Shown here one piece after another: positions 25,331 through 37,327 of a stretch of DNA of 64,000 nucleotides. How positions within the stretch are numbered: the stretch's first letter is position 1; each line of letters opens with the position of its first letter. The position numbers and the translations under genes were made by a program. The stretch is from Eledone cirrhosa (lineage: Eukaryota): assembly GCA_964016885.1 (NCBI GenBank), contig OZ024761.1, positions 30,876,001 to 30,940,000 on the forward strand, read 5' to 3'. Below the pieces are notes generated by a model that saw only the letters and a program-made list of their open reading frames with translations, did not search any database and was not told the origin of the DNA.

Positions 25331-25954
25331 GTGATATGATAGATAGATAGAAAGATATAAGAAACTATTCCAAATATAGATCGAATGTATTGAAGTATTG
25401 AAAGTTAAAGGCATTAATAAACGGGATTATATAATAATTGTTCCTACTTTCGGCACAAGGCCAGCAATTACCCAGTACATTACTGGTACTTTATTTTATC
25501 AACCTCGTCAGGAAATGAAAGGCAAAGTTAACCTTGGCGGGATTTGAACTCAGATCGTAAAGCGAGACGTAACTATGCTGGAAAGCATGTCCAACCCTCT
25601 ACCAATTCTGCCAATCCACCGCCCTTATATAATAATGAAGGCATTGGGTTGTCTTCTAGACAATCGTAACAAACTTTTACTTTCGAGAGGTCGAATGGGG
25701 CATAAAATTATGTGTGTGTATGTAAATATATATATATATATATATATACAGGGTGTCCCAAAAAATGTATACACACTTCAACAACATTCTAATAAATATT
25801 GCCTGTAAAGATAACCAAAGTGTGTAGACATTTTTTTTTGGGGGGGGGGGGGGGGGCGATATATATATATGTGTGCAGAAATTTATTTTCGAAGGTGCAT
25901 GCTTCGATTATGTTGATAACCTTTCATTTTTTTTTTTTTTTTAATTGTGAGTTT

Positions 25955-25977
25955 CACTTCCGGAAATTGCCGGAAGT
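25955..25977. promoter_or_regulatory. Paired ETS/GABP-type motifs in USP30 intron 1
   Basis: cacttccggaaattgccggaagt. Confidence 0.35.
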
Positions 25978-26109
25978 TGTTTTCGATCTTAAAATATACA
26001 TTTCTCAATAACACCTTCCTATGTGTGTCTATTTCTTCCTTGTACTACGTCGCTTGCTTTATTATTTGTGTATGCCTTTTGCCAACACGCACACATATAT
26101 ATATATATA

Positions 26110-26208
26110 TAGGATGTCCCCCAAAATGTGTACACACTTTGATTACCTGTACAGGCAATATTTATTATGCTGTTGAACCGTGTATACATTTTTTCAGGAC
26201 ACCCTGTA
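26110..26208. mobile_element. Small Tc1-like MITE family (also about 22968-23074, 25748-25860 and 26465-26541)
   Basis: cagggtgtcc..aaaaaatgtatacac inverted ends within TA runs. Confidence 0.65.
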
Positions 26209-26559
26209 TAGATACATATATATATATATAGTAATAATAATAAATTTGAAGACTAAAATCCAAAGAGGGCTCGATAAGGATAAACATATAAGAACCGTAG
26301 AACAAATATTTATTAAGCGAGCGATTCTTTGCTTAAACTTTAATCTGTTATTTTAATAAATTACTATATATATATGTGTGTGTGTAATTATTTGTTGGAA
26401 TGTAAAGTAACTGAAAATATATCGATCTGATAAATGAACGTGAGATATATGTATGTATATACATACAGGGTGCAAAAAAAAATGTATAGATACTTTAGTT
26501 AGAATGCTGTGAAGTATGTATACATTTTTTGTGGGGGGACATATATATGCGTTATTTAC

Positions 26560-26668
26560 CTTTCTTCCTTGTCTTCTTCTTGTGTGGTGGACCCCAAAAC
26601 ACATAAGCTGCGGCTGTTGCTAGAGTCACGGTTAGTAGGCCCACGAATGCTGTGTTTTTGTAAAACAT
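26560..26668 (-). CDS. USP30: USP30 first coding exon (mitochondrial signal-anchor helix)
   Basis: MFYKNTAFVGLLTVTLATAAAYVFWGPPHKKKTRKK: TM helix, YVFWGP and a basic tract; gtaaa donor in phase with exon 2. Confidence 0.9.
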
Positions 26669-26899
26669 CTCTCCAACACGGATTTATAACACTACAACTT
26701 TAGCAGAAACACTATGTGTATATAGTACCATTTAGTATATTACTCTGTGTATGAGTGTATATATAGAGAGATATTTGTACATATATATATTTATATAGAG
26801 AGGGAGAAAGATTACATATATATAGAATCTATATGAATATATATATATTTATATTTAGTGTCAATATGTAATGCGTACGTGCGTGAATATAATGTAAGA

Positions 26900-27030
26900 T
26901 GTCAATAGTGGAAGTTGACGTAGAGATGCATTATGGGATTCTGGGGGGGGGGGGTAAACCAAGGGAGATAACTGTGTATTACATAAAGATATTTAAAACA
27001 ACAAAAAGAATCACTTCCTGGAAACTGGTG
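26900..27030 (-). promoter_or_regulatory. Candidate USP30 promoter (ZNF143/SBS-like and ETS-like motifs)
   Basis: gcattatgggatt at 26928-26940 and cacttcctg at about 27012, 260-350 bp upstream of the ATG. Confidence 0.3.
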
Positions 27031-27329
27031 ACCGTCTGTCTCAACAAGAATTTATAGAAGTGAGTCCATGAATTTGGATAAATTCTTATGTCAGACTGGT
27101 CACTGGCTTGCATCCGTTCGTGTACCATATGAATTTTTTTCGGCATATTATCATGCACTCTTCTCAGTAGTATTTGCTAGAGCTGGAGTCCTCCTGACCT
27201 TTGTTTGGCAGGCTTTCTACGGCTGGATGTCCTTCCTCTCACCAACCAAATCTAAAGACCTCTTGTGGCGCTAAACTTCGTCAATTGCAGACTGCGCATC
27301 AACAGGAGACATCTTTCTCCACAAAGTTC

Positions 27330-27790
27330 GATCACCAGCAGCAGAGTTCAAAGAGCAAAGATCAAGTCCAGTCCATAAGTTGACATTGTCAAGCCATCGT
27401 TTTGGCTGCTGGCCCCTGCTTCTCTTACCTGCCAACCTTCCTTCCAGGCATAACCTACTCACACCACGAGTTGATCTTTTTATATTACCGTATAATTTGA
27501 GTACTTTTGACTTGACAATTGATGTAATTGGTCTAAGTTTGGTAATGTTGAGCAGCTCATACAGATACGGTCGCTGAGCTGCTTACCAGTCATAAGTCTC
27601 ATGATGTGGTTCTGGAATGTAGAGAGCTTCTGAAGTGACCTTGTCGTCCAATTAATATAGTCAAGACTATATAACACAATTGGTAAGATGTAAATATCGA
27701 AGATCTTAGCCTGATCTGGGTAGTAAACGATGTTAGAGGAGATACAGAGTGGGTATTTTGATCCCAGTTTTTTCAACTTGCTTCCACACA
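27330..27790 (-). mobile_element. Degenerate RTE-like LINE fragment
   Basis: ILPIVLYSLD..W...LSTFQNHIMR and GKRSRGQQPKRWLDNV motifs. Confidence 0.6.
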
Positions 27791-27864
27791 TATACATAAA
27801 TATATATATATATGTCTTGGGGCCTCTATCAACAGTTTAGATGTGTCTTTGCACATGTAAACTC

Positions 27865-27953
27865 GCATATCTGACGCGATGTCGAAAAAGAATCAGGCCC
27901 TGTCATCTTGATTGTACCTTGAACTGATCGATATCGAAACAATTGTAATATGC
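27865..27953 (+). ncRNA. Penelope-type hammerhead with a core variant (CUGACGC)
   Basis: gcatat-CTGACGC-gatgtcga...tcgatatc-GAAAC-aatt-GTA-atatgc, followed by AATAAA. Confidence 0.65.
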
Positions 27954-28719
27954 CAATAAAGTTTGTATATATGCTGCAAAACTGATTCTTCTTTATCTAT
28001 TTACACTCTGCACACTACAGCCGCCTTAATCTGGAATACGAGACGGACCTCTTAACAGTATTGAGTGCTTCAAACTGCATGCTGCCTGTAACTGTAGTTA
28101 CACACCTAACATATATATATGTGTGTGTGTGTGTATTAATGATGGAGAGAACCAACTGCGAGCTCATGCGGTTTCATCTTGTGGTTGTATCTCTACCTCA
28201 TTAATATAACATTTACATTACTCTATATTTACTATTGTATTTTTGTGGTAAAAGGATTTATCTTACATAATTATCTCATCATCATCATTATTTTATGTCT
28301 GCTTTTCCCTGCTTGCAAGGGTGGGACGGGAACTGTTTGGCTTGATTTCTACAGCTGGATGCCCTTCCTAACACCAACCTCATTTACAGTGAGTGCTGGG
28401 TGCTTTTTTGCTGTGGCACCTCCACAACCACTTTGCAGTGGAATATGGACACCAGTCCCTATCATCTCATTTCTACAGCTTAGTAAACTCACATAATATC
28501 AAATCTATGAGATTTTGATATTATTTTGAGAACAATACCTTAACGTCAGTCTGAGCAATCAGTTATGGCTGGTTTGAACAGAAAGAATGAGAGAATTCTG
28601 GCCAGATATGGCCAGTTTAAATGCTAAAAGTTAAAGCAACCCAGACTTTGCCAATTCAGGCATGAACATCATTTGTGAACTGATCTTTTGCCATTTTACT
28701 TCCAAGATATGTGAATGTC

Positions 28720-28960
28720 AATGTTTTTCAAGGATTTTCCAGGTGTGGAGTGAGTTAATGTTGCCTCCCTGGTTGTATATCATATATTCTATATTCTATC
28801 ATGTCTGGGTTGACATAGAGGCCAACTTCTTTAGCAGCACTTTCAAGGCTGTATAAGAGAGACTCTGCATCACAAACCTCATCTGCTCGTCGCGCCAGGT
28901 TGTCATCTGTGATGGTCATGGTTGGATAAAGTCTGCTTCTGACTGGTTGAAGATTGACTA
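28720..28960 (-). mobile_element. Degenerate LINE RT fragment, followed by a ~44-bp degenerate minisatellite (28965-29375)
   Basis: AESLLYSLESAAKEVGLYVN is RT-like; repeated gtgatccctaaat. Confidence 0.55.
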
Positions 28961-29637
28961 TCTTGGAAGTGATCCCTAAATATCTGTTTTTGTTGAGTGG
29001 TATGTGATCCCAAAATATCTTGTTGTTGGTGTATGGTGTGGTCCCTAAATAATTTCTGTTAGTGTATATGTAATTCCTAAGTATGTTCTGTTCTTGCTGT
29101 GTGGTCTCTAAATAACTTCTATTGTTGGTAGGTGGTGTATAATCCTTTAATATCTTCTGTGATTGGTGTGTGATCCCTAAATTTCTTCTGTTGGTGTGTG
29201 GTATGTGATCCCTAAACATTTTCTGTTGTTAGTGTGTGATGTGTAGTCCCTATATATGTTTTTGTTGAGTGGTGTTTGATCCCTAAATTTCTTCTGTTAG
29301 TGTGTGGTCCCTAAATATGTTTTTGTTGAATGGTGTGTGATCCCTAAATTTCTTCTGTTAGTGTGTTGGTGTTTGACCATCTATCTTATAGTCTGAAAAG
29401 GTTTGCCATTTTATCATTTCACGACACATTCCAAACTCCTTAAACTCTCAGGTCCCAAATAATAGGTTGGTAATTTTTTCTAGGTTGTTTCCCTTGAGTA
29501 AAAAAAAGTCTGAATTAGTCGTTTAGTTTGCATATATATAATCGAATATAAGCTGAGGAATAAAGTATGGAACACTTATATAAACTGAAAGTGGGCAGGA
29601 ATTTCTGTGTTGACTGATAAAATGACAAGTCAGTCAA

Positions 29638-29930
29638 TCATATTGATGGCCTTCCCACAGCCCCAGCGGACAGAATGGAGAAGGCATTTCCCCGGAGAAC
29701 AGCAAGGGAGACGTGCTGGAAAAGCCATTCTAACTCGCGAGGCTCACACCTGCGGCTGGCCAGCTCAGCGCCTATGGTGGTGAATAGGGAGGTAGCCTTA
29801 GGGCTGAGGACACCAGAAGTCTTGACTGCCAAGGGTACAACCGCAAACCTGTTGGAGAGTTTGGCCTCCTCAGCCCGACGTGCAGCAAAACCTGGGTTAG
29901 TCGCAGACTGCACCAGGTTGCTGCTGAACT
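29638..29930 (-). mobile_element. CRE-like non-LTR retrotransposon C-terminal (REL endonuclease) fragment
   Basis: GC-rich island; VPLAVKTSG...LFQHVSLAVLRGNA. Confidence 0.6.
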
Positions 29931-30795
29931 GAACCCATCCTGTTTATTTTATAACGTATGGGATTTCTTGAAATGTTCTTGTTTTTTTTAATATCTAAAG
30001 AAAATTAATTATCACTGGAATGCTACCACTTAAAATAAAATTTCGCTGGAGATAGATTAGCAAAATTTAATAAGCAAAAGGGTGGGGTTAAATAAGAGTG
30101 AGGGGGTTGGGGAAAAATCTGAAAAATTAATTACGAAAGTAAGTATATTTGGCAGTAAAGAAAGAGAGAGAGACACAATAACATTAATTTATACAAAAAC
30201 CAAAATAGCATATAAAATTTAAGATTTATATAAAAAATATTTTAATTATACATACATACATATATTTTATATATTATATCATATAGTTCTTTCATTCATG
30301 GATCTTTGAGCATTTTAAATAATCATTTTATATTTTAAATTATAAAAATAAAGCTACACACATTGAAATTCATTGTCAATAAAAAAATAATATTTAAAAG
30401 AAGTTGATTATAGATTGGGTTAATTTGTTGTTGTTATTGTTTATGTATGTTTTTTTTTAATAGCATTAAGTATTGAAATGTCTCTTCAAGTATGTGATGG
30501 AACATATTTTGTTGAGTGAATATTTTTTTTGTATGAAAACCTCTGTAATATATTAATTTTTGTTATAGACACAATGTCTGAAATTTGATGGTGTAGAGAG
30601 GTGTAGTCAATTATATCAATATCAGAACTTGTATGGTATTTTATTTTATCGACCTCGGAAGGATGATAGGTAAAATTCGAGCTCAGCAGGGAGTTCTAAC
30701 TCGGAATGTTAAAAATCTTTGTCACCGAATAAATAACCCCAAGGCATTATTTTTTTTCTTGTTTTGTTTGTTGGGGGATGTCTTTTTCTGATGCT

Positions 30796-31020
30796 CTAAC
30801 AATTCTGCCAACCTGCCGATCCTGGTATTAAATTATTTGGGTTTTGATTCATAACTGAGTCATCGTTGCTTGGTGTGTTATCAAGGTGGTTAACAGACAT
30901 AATACCATTAACTTTAATCTGGATTTTCTGAAAGTCTTTGATATATGTTAGGAAAAATGCAAGGAATGATATAGACATCAACCATTCACAGCTCGTACTC
31001 ACGATATGGAAAGCGAATCC
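30796..31020 (-). CDS. DRAM2: DRAM/DRAM2-like (Frag1/DRAM/Sfk1 family) last coding exon
   Basis: GFAFHIVSTSCEWLMSISFLAFFLTYIKDFQKI; TAG at 30798-30796. Confidence 0.88.
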   Translation of the reverse strand, partial: GFAFHIVSTSCEWLMSISFLAFFLTYIKDFQKIQIKVNGIMSVNHLDNTPSNDDSVMNQNPNNLIPGSAGWQNC

Positions 31021-31070
31021 CTAAAAGTAGACAGAATAAAGCATTACAAATCATTATTATTACTAATAAA

Positions 31071-31460
31071 AGGGCAGTGGATTGGCAGTATCGGTAGAGG
31101 GTTGGTCGCGATGCTTTGCAGCATAGAGTTACGTCCCTTTATAATCTGAGTTCAAATCCCGCCGGGGTTAACTTTGCCTTTCATCCTTACGGGGTCGATA
31201 AAATAAAGTACCAGTAATGTACTGGGTAATTGCTGGCCTTGTGCCTAAAGTAGAAACAATTATTATTACTAATAAAAGGGCAGTATCGGTAGAGGGTTGG
31301 ACGCCATGCTTTGCAGCATAGAGTTACGTCCCTTTATGATCTGAGTTCAAATCCCGCCAGGGTTAACTTTGCCATTCATCCTTACGGGGGGTCGATAAAA
31401 TAAAGTAACAGTAATGTACTGGGTATTTGCTGGCCTTCTGCCAAAAGTAGAAACAATTAT
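31071..31460 (+). mobile_element. Two tandem tRNA-derived SINEs (family also at 9089-9285, 20430-20620, 23945-24070, 25437-25625, 30595-30817, 36150-36430 and 58890-59005)
   Basis: tggcagtatcggtag A box, gagttcaaatccc B box, conserved ctttgcctttcatcc..ggggtcgataaaataaagtacc. Confidence 0.8.
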
Positions 31461-31702
31461 TAATACTAATAAAAGGATAAACATTTTTAAATGAGCAGTT
31501 TTTGTACCAGGGTGACTTGAGGGTTTAAGTTGGTATTTGTCTTGAAACTTAGTGGTTTGACAGAAAAATAATAGGAACCAGCCTTGAAATAATAAGCACT
31601 AGGGTCAATTCGCTAGACTAAATCTTTTCATAACATTGCCCCCAGCATGGCCGCAGTCAAATGAACGAAACCAGTAAAAGAATATACTGTATATATACTT
31701 AC

Positions 31703-31773
31703 ATCTACGTCTGGTTTCCACTTTAAGGGATCGCCTCTGTACTCTTTGCCAGCAATGGCAGCTGTAAGAAAGG
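31703..31773 (-). CDS. DRAM2: DRAM-like exon 5, downstream of the U12 intron
   Basis: TTCCTTAAC branch site plus ccag acceptor; TFLTAAIAGKEYRGDPLKWKPDVD; gtaag donor. Confidence 0.85.
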
Positions 31774-31844
31774 CTGGAAATTGAGGTTAAGGAACATCAT
31801 AGCAATTTGTAATACTGGAATTTTTTTCAACACGCTGACGCATA

Positions 31845-31907
<63 letters not shown>

Positions 31908-32531
31908 ATTGTACACAAATGTAGTGAATGTTATATAGTTATATAAGTAATATAACTAACTTTCTCATTATTAAGCTGGTATTTAGAGCATAATTTAACA
32001 AAGGTTTTTATATAAAATTGTGATTCTTCTTCGCTTTCTCCCCCCTCCGCCTCCTCCTCCTTCATCCACTTATTCCTGAGAGAGTCTTGGTGGGGGCAGA
32101 GTCCTCTAGCATGCCTTCTAATTCTAATGGGTCCTGTCAAAAGCAAACCTTATCCAAATGATCTGTCTGGATTCTTAATCCAGACCAACCGAGTTCATGG
32201 ATGTTATCCAACCATCTTGCTCATGGTCTACCTCTGGGTCTCCTGTCAGTTGGCTTTGCCCATAAAATCAGTCCGGTGATTCTTTCCTTAGGTATTCTAT
32301 CCACATATCCATAGTAGCGGAGCTGTGGCTCTACATGGAGCGACTATCTGACCTCTGAGCTATGCAGCCTTATCAAGTAACATTACTCCAAAGACCCTTC
32401 AGAGGAATCCCATTTCAGTTGCTTGTATTTGTGGTCATATTCTTTTAGTCATAACCCCAGATTTATGACCACAGGTCAGAGTAGGCATGAATATCTTTAA
32501 TCATTATTTTTTTTTTTTTTAAAAAGGATAC
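31774..32531 (-). other. U12-type (minor spliceosome) GT-AG intron in the DRAM-like gene
   Basis: 5' site GTATCCTTT; branch site TTCCTTAAC about 10 nt before the AG. Confidence 0.9.
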
Positions 32532-32709
32532 TCATTATGAAACATAGAACAGAGAAAATAGATATCAGCAATCTAAATATAATAATTGTTTTCCCATTGT
32601 ACATTGGGTACATCATATAAGAAATTATCGTCTGGAAAATAGCATAAATTGAACCAACTCCAAATACCATGAAGGCTCCAATAACATGGACTACAAGAAC
32701 ATTGGATTC
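32532..32709 (-). CDS. DRAM2: DRAM-like exon 4
   Basis: ESNVLVVHVIGAFMVFGVGSIYAIFQTIISYMMYP...FRLLISIF; GTATCCTTT donor. Confidence 0.92.
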
Positions 32710-33504
32710 CTGAAAGTAGAAATAAACATTGTCATACCATTTAGATTAAATATTGAAAGTTTATATGTATGGAGGCACATGGCTTAGTGGTTAGAGCATT
32801 GGCCTTGCAATCGAAAGATTGTGAGTTCAATTCTCAGACCGGGTGACGTGTTGTTTCCTTGAGCAAGACACTTTATTTCACATTGCTCCAGTTTACTCAG
32901 CTGTAAAAATGAGATAGGGACTGGGGTCCCTATCATTCCACTGCAAAGTGGTCGTGTAGGTGCCACGGCAAAAAAGCACCCAGCTCTCACTGTAAATGAG
33001 GTTGGTGTTAGGAAGGGCATCCAGCTGTAGAAATCAAGCCAGAATCAGTTCCCGTCCTACCCTTGCAAGTAGGGAAAAGCGGACGTAAAATGATGATGAT
33101 GTGTGTGTGTGTGTGTATATATAATAATGGAAAATGAAAATTATTATGTACAATGCTCAGGTGCACTATATATATGCATATACATATATACATATATATA
33201 TGTATGTGTGTGTGTGTTTCCATCCACTGTGTTGATGACAACAAAAAGCATCCAGTCCACGCTGTAAGGTGGTTGTGTAGGAGACATGGTAAAAAGGCTC
33301 ACAGTCCACATTGTAAAGGTGGTTGGTGTTAGGAAGGGCATCCAGCCGTAGAAAACCTGCCAGAGACACTTCTGTATGAGCGAGACACGGTCTCCCGACC
33401 ATTCCCGCATCAAATGGAACAAAACCGTCTAACCCATGCTAGCGTGGAAGATGGACGTTAAACAATGATGATGATGATGTATATATATTTGTAATTGAAC
33501 TGAC

Positions 33505-33647
33505 CTGAAAATTTCCTACAATACTCATTCCGAATGCTGCTGTTATACCAAGAGCAAAAGAAAATTTATTTAGCGTGTGTATTCGTGAAATGTCCATGCT
33601 GACCAAACTTTGTATCAACTTAAAACGAATGTACATTGTAAATAAAG
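33505..33647 (-). CDS. DRAM2: DRAM-like exon 3
   Basis: ttcag/gtcag; TMYIRFKLI...LNKFSFALGITAAFGMSIVGNFQ. Confidence 0.93.
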
Positions 33648-33691
33648 CTGAAACAAAGACAAAAATTCATTAGTTTTAATATGATATAATA

Positions 33692-33833
33692 CAGTGAAAT
33701 TCTTTTATAACAAAAAATTCTTTATAACAAGATCGACCAAAACAAATCGACCATTTGTTTCAGGGATTGAAAAAAATTTTGTTATAGTGAAAAATTTGTT
33801 ATAATGGTATTCATTATAACGGAATTTTACCTG
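33692..33833. mobile_element. pogo/Tigger-like MITE
   Basis: TA|cagtgaaattc..ttataac ... ttataacggaattttacctg|TA. Confidence 0.55.
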
Positions 33834-34370
33834 TATAATGAAAATTATTGTGTACAGTGCTCAGGTGCACTACAACTCATCAAAGGTGCATGTATAGTAA
33901 ATAGAATAATGTACAAATGTCAGGAAAGTGAACAGTGTATGAGTTATGATATATACACAGATACATGCATGCATGTGTATGGAGAGGGAATATCAGGTGT
34001 AGTGTTGACGAATTTCAGGAAGCAAGGAAGTTTTGAAGGATGCAATGTTTCGGCAGCTAACAACTGATGCAGGTAGTTTGTTCCATGCTTCAGCAACTCT
34101 GAGCATGAAAAAGTGTTTCCGAAATTCATAAGAGCAATTAATAACTCTTTCATTACAATAATTAGTTAATAACCCCTTCGTTAACATAATTAGTTAATAA
34201 TCATTTCATTACCATAATTAGTTAATAATCATTTCATTACCATAATTAGTTAATAACCCTTTCATTACCATAATTAGTTAATAACCCTTTCATTACAATA
34301 ATTAGTTGATAACCCCTTCATTGCCATAATTAATTAATAACCCTTTCATTACAATAATTAGTTAATAACC

Positions 34371-34985
34371 TTGTACTTGTGTCGACATTCACCCTGGACG
34401 GGTTGAGCCGGCTCCTTCCCTTGTCCTGACGGCATCCCGAACCACGGCAACCCACGCACGACGGTCCCGGGCAAGGTCACTGGAGATAGCGAGCCAGTCA
34501 CGGTTCCATCGGCGCAGGCCGACCACCTGTGGACCTGAGAGTTCGGAGAGGTCCTCCTTGTTCATCGTTGTCCAGGACTTCAGCTGCCCGCCAACGCGCT
34601 TGCGCCAGTTAGGGAGTGGAGAGGAGAGGAGAACATTGCGGATCAGCTCACGCTCAGTGCGCCGCGTTGCGTGACCAAACCATCTGAAGCGCCGTTGCAG
34701 AAGCACTGAAGGAAGGGGTCGAAGATTCAGGCGAAGACGAAGACTGGTGGTAGGTACCCGATCAACGCGTCGGCAGCGAAGAATGCGGCAGAGACAGTCA
34801 TTGTCGAAGACCTCCAGCCCCCGTTGATCGACTACCCTCATAGGCCATGTTTCACAGCCATAGAGGAGGATAGTGTGAACGACGGCCTGGTAGATTCACC
34901 CTTTGGTCGCCGAGGTGATCTCTCTTCTGTCCCACAGACACTGCTGGAGGCGCCCAAAAGCGGATCTGGCAGCACCTATGCGATG
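34371..34985 (-). mobile_element. RTE-clade LINE 3' fragment inserted in a ~27-bp AT-rich minisatellite
   Basis: LEVFDNDCLCRIL...RRFRWFGHATR...WRKRVGGQLKSW; acaagt tail; cataattagttaataaccc repeats on both sides. Confidence 0.8.
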
Positions 34986-35119
34986 CTTTAATAACCCCTT
35001 CGTTAACATAATTAGTTAGTAACTCCTTCATTAACATAATTAGTTATTAACCCTTTCATTAACATAATTAGTTAGAAGAAATTAATAAGAAGTATCCAAA
35101 TATTTTTGTTTCTACTTAC

Positions 35120-35187
35120 CTATTATTGTAGATACTGTTAATAACTGACCAAATATACAACTTTCGGGACTTTTAGCACCAGTATCA
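35120..35187 (-). CDS. DRAM2: DRAM-like exon 2
   Basis: ttcag/gtaag; SDTGAKSPESCIFGQLL, a family motif. Confidence 0.93.
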
Positions 35188-35326
35188 CTGAAAAATATTG
35201 AACATATTATTACAACTTTAAGACTTTGATATTTGGGAGAAGTTAACTTTAACACAAATTAACTACAGACTTTATTTTTGTTGGATAACTATAACAATAA
35301 TATTAATATTAATAATGATAATACCA

Positions 35327-36140
35327 CCTTTGGTAAGAAAATGGAATTCAGAGATCCACAAACATGGAATTGGTTAAAAAGAGGAGACCTTAAAAAAATT
35401 ACAGAGGGATGCTGCTGGCTGCACAGGAGCAAGCCCTCAGAACTAAGTGGGTGAAATACCATATTGACAAGGAGGAGGCTAGCCCACTCTGTAGGATCTA
35501 TGGAGAGAGAGAGAGAGGAAACTGGTTCACATCATATCCAAGTGTAAACACCTAGCCCAGATTCACTATAAAGGATGGAGGCATGATATAATAGGAAAGG
35601 TGATTCACTGGCATTTGTGCAAACTAAATAATTCACCACATTCTGAGAAGTGGTATGAGCATAATCCAGAGTCGGTGATAGAAAACAATCGAGTGAAGGT
35701 GCTATGGGATTTTAGGATACAGACAGACAAGAAATTAGAACACAATAGGCCTGACCTGGTGGTTTTTGACAAGGAAAAAAGATTGTTCCTGATTGTAGAT
35801 GTAGCCTGCCCCTTTGACACAAGAGTGTAAGAAAAGGAGAGGGAGAAAATTAACCGTTACCAGGATTTAAAGTGGGAATTAAAAAGGATTTGGGACTGTC
35901 ATGTGATCAAGGTCATCCCGATTGTCATAGGAGCACTAGGTACTATCTCAAAGAGTGTTCAAGGATGGTTAAAGAACATTAGTCCAGCCCCCTTTTTTGG
36001 AAACTTCAAAAGGTATGCTTGCTGGGAACAGCAAGAACCCTCCGATATGTCCTGAATATCTGAGGCTGCAGGTAGCGGCTTGATGGTCATTTGAACAAAC
36101 TTTCCAGTTAAATAACCTCAATGACTGAGACTCCAAGAAA
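35327..36140 (+). mobile_element. R4/Dong-clade non-LTR retrotransposon 3' fragment (Zn knuckle and REL endonuclease), with frameshifts and stops
   Basis: RHD...IHWHLC...WYEH.PESVIEN..VKVLWDFRIQTD...HNRPDLVVFDK...VDVACPFD...VIPIVIGALG. Confidence 0.8.
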
Positions 36141-37199
36141 ATAATAGTGGTTTCTGATATAGACAGAGGGCCAGCAATTTGAAGGGTGGGGGGCAAAGTC
36201 AATTAAATCGACACCAGTGTGTTACTGGTATTGTTTTATCGACCCAGTAAGGATGAAAGACAAAGCTAACCTCAGTGGAATTTGAACTTTAATAATAATA
36301 AAAAATAATGGTTTCTGATACAGGCACAAAGGCCAATAATTTTCGGGGAAGGGCAAGTCAATTAGATCGGCCCTAGTGCGTTACTGGTACTTTATTTTAT
36401 TGACTCAGTAAGGATGAAAGGCAAAGTTAATCATCATCATCATCGTTTAACGTCCCTGTTCCACGCTTGCATGGGTTTGGACGGGGGTTTTCCCACTTGA
36501 GGCAAGAGTGGTTGTCTTGCTCGCATAGGACTGTCTGGCGGGTTTTCTACAGCTGGATGCCCTTCCTAACACCAACCACATTTACAGTGTGGGGCTGGGA
36601 GGTTTTTACCGTGTTGCCTACACGGCCACATTACAGCGTGGACTGTCTGGCGTGTTTTCTACAGCTGGATGCCCTTCCTAACACCAACCACATTTACAGT
36701 GTGGGACTGGGAGGTTTTTACCGTGTTGCCTACACGGTCACATTACAGAGTGGACTGTGTTTTTTTTGTCGTGACACCTATACGATCTCGTTTGTTTCGG
36801 CCTGGATGTTGTGGCACCAACATAACTTTGCATTGAAGGGGGCGGTGTGGATGGGGTGGGACGGGGGTGTATTTTGTTAGAGATGCCTACTGACTAGTAG
36901 GTTTTACTTTGTATTTAGAGGTAAGGCGGGTCTTCTCTGTTACTGAGTACCGCCAAAGGTCTCGGTCCAGTGACATTGTCTTGGAGAGGTGTAAGTGTGT
37001 GAGGTCGGAATTTATCAGCTCGTCCCAGGTTTTCCTGGGTCTGCCTACTCCGTGGCTACCATCTATCTTTATTGCCCTGCACTTTGTTATACAGCTGTCG
37101 TCTTTCAGGATTTGAATGTCGGCAGGATTTGAATTTGAATAATAATAATAAATATAATCGTTTCTGATTTAAGCAATAATAATAATAATTATGATATAC

Positions 37200-37327
37200 C
37201 TGATGTATGGTAAATATGGTGTAACATGGCCATTTGTGGCAGAAATTGTGTAGGTTATGATAAATGTCAGGAGGGTTACTACAACAAGAGAAATTGGTAG
37301 AACCTCCAAACCTAGGAGAAGGCACAT
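37200..37327 (-). CDS. DRAM2: DRAM-like first coding exon
   Basis: MCLLLGLEVLPISLVVVTLLTFIITYTISATNGHVTPYLPYIS; the ATG directly follows a pyrimidine tract and ccag, implying an upstream 5'UTR exon that I could not locate. Confidence 0.9.

Noticed and set aside
32771-32842. tRNA-like sequence
   Set aside because: Continues into a SINE core and tail found in many copies; a SINE head, not a tRNA gene
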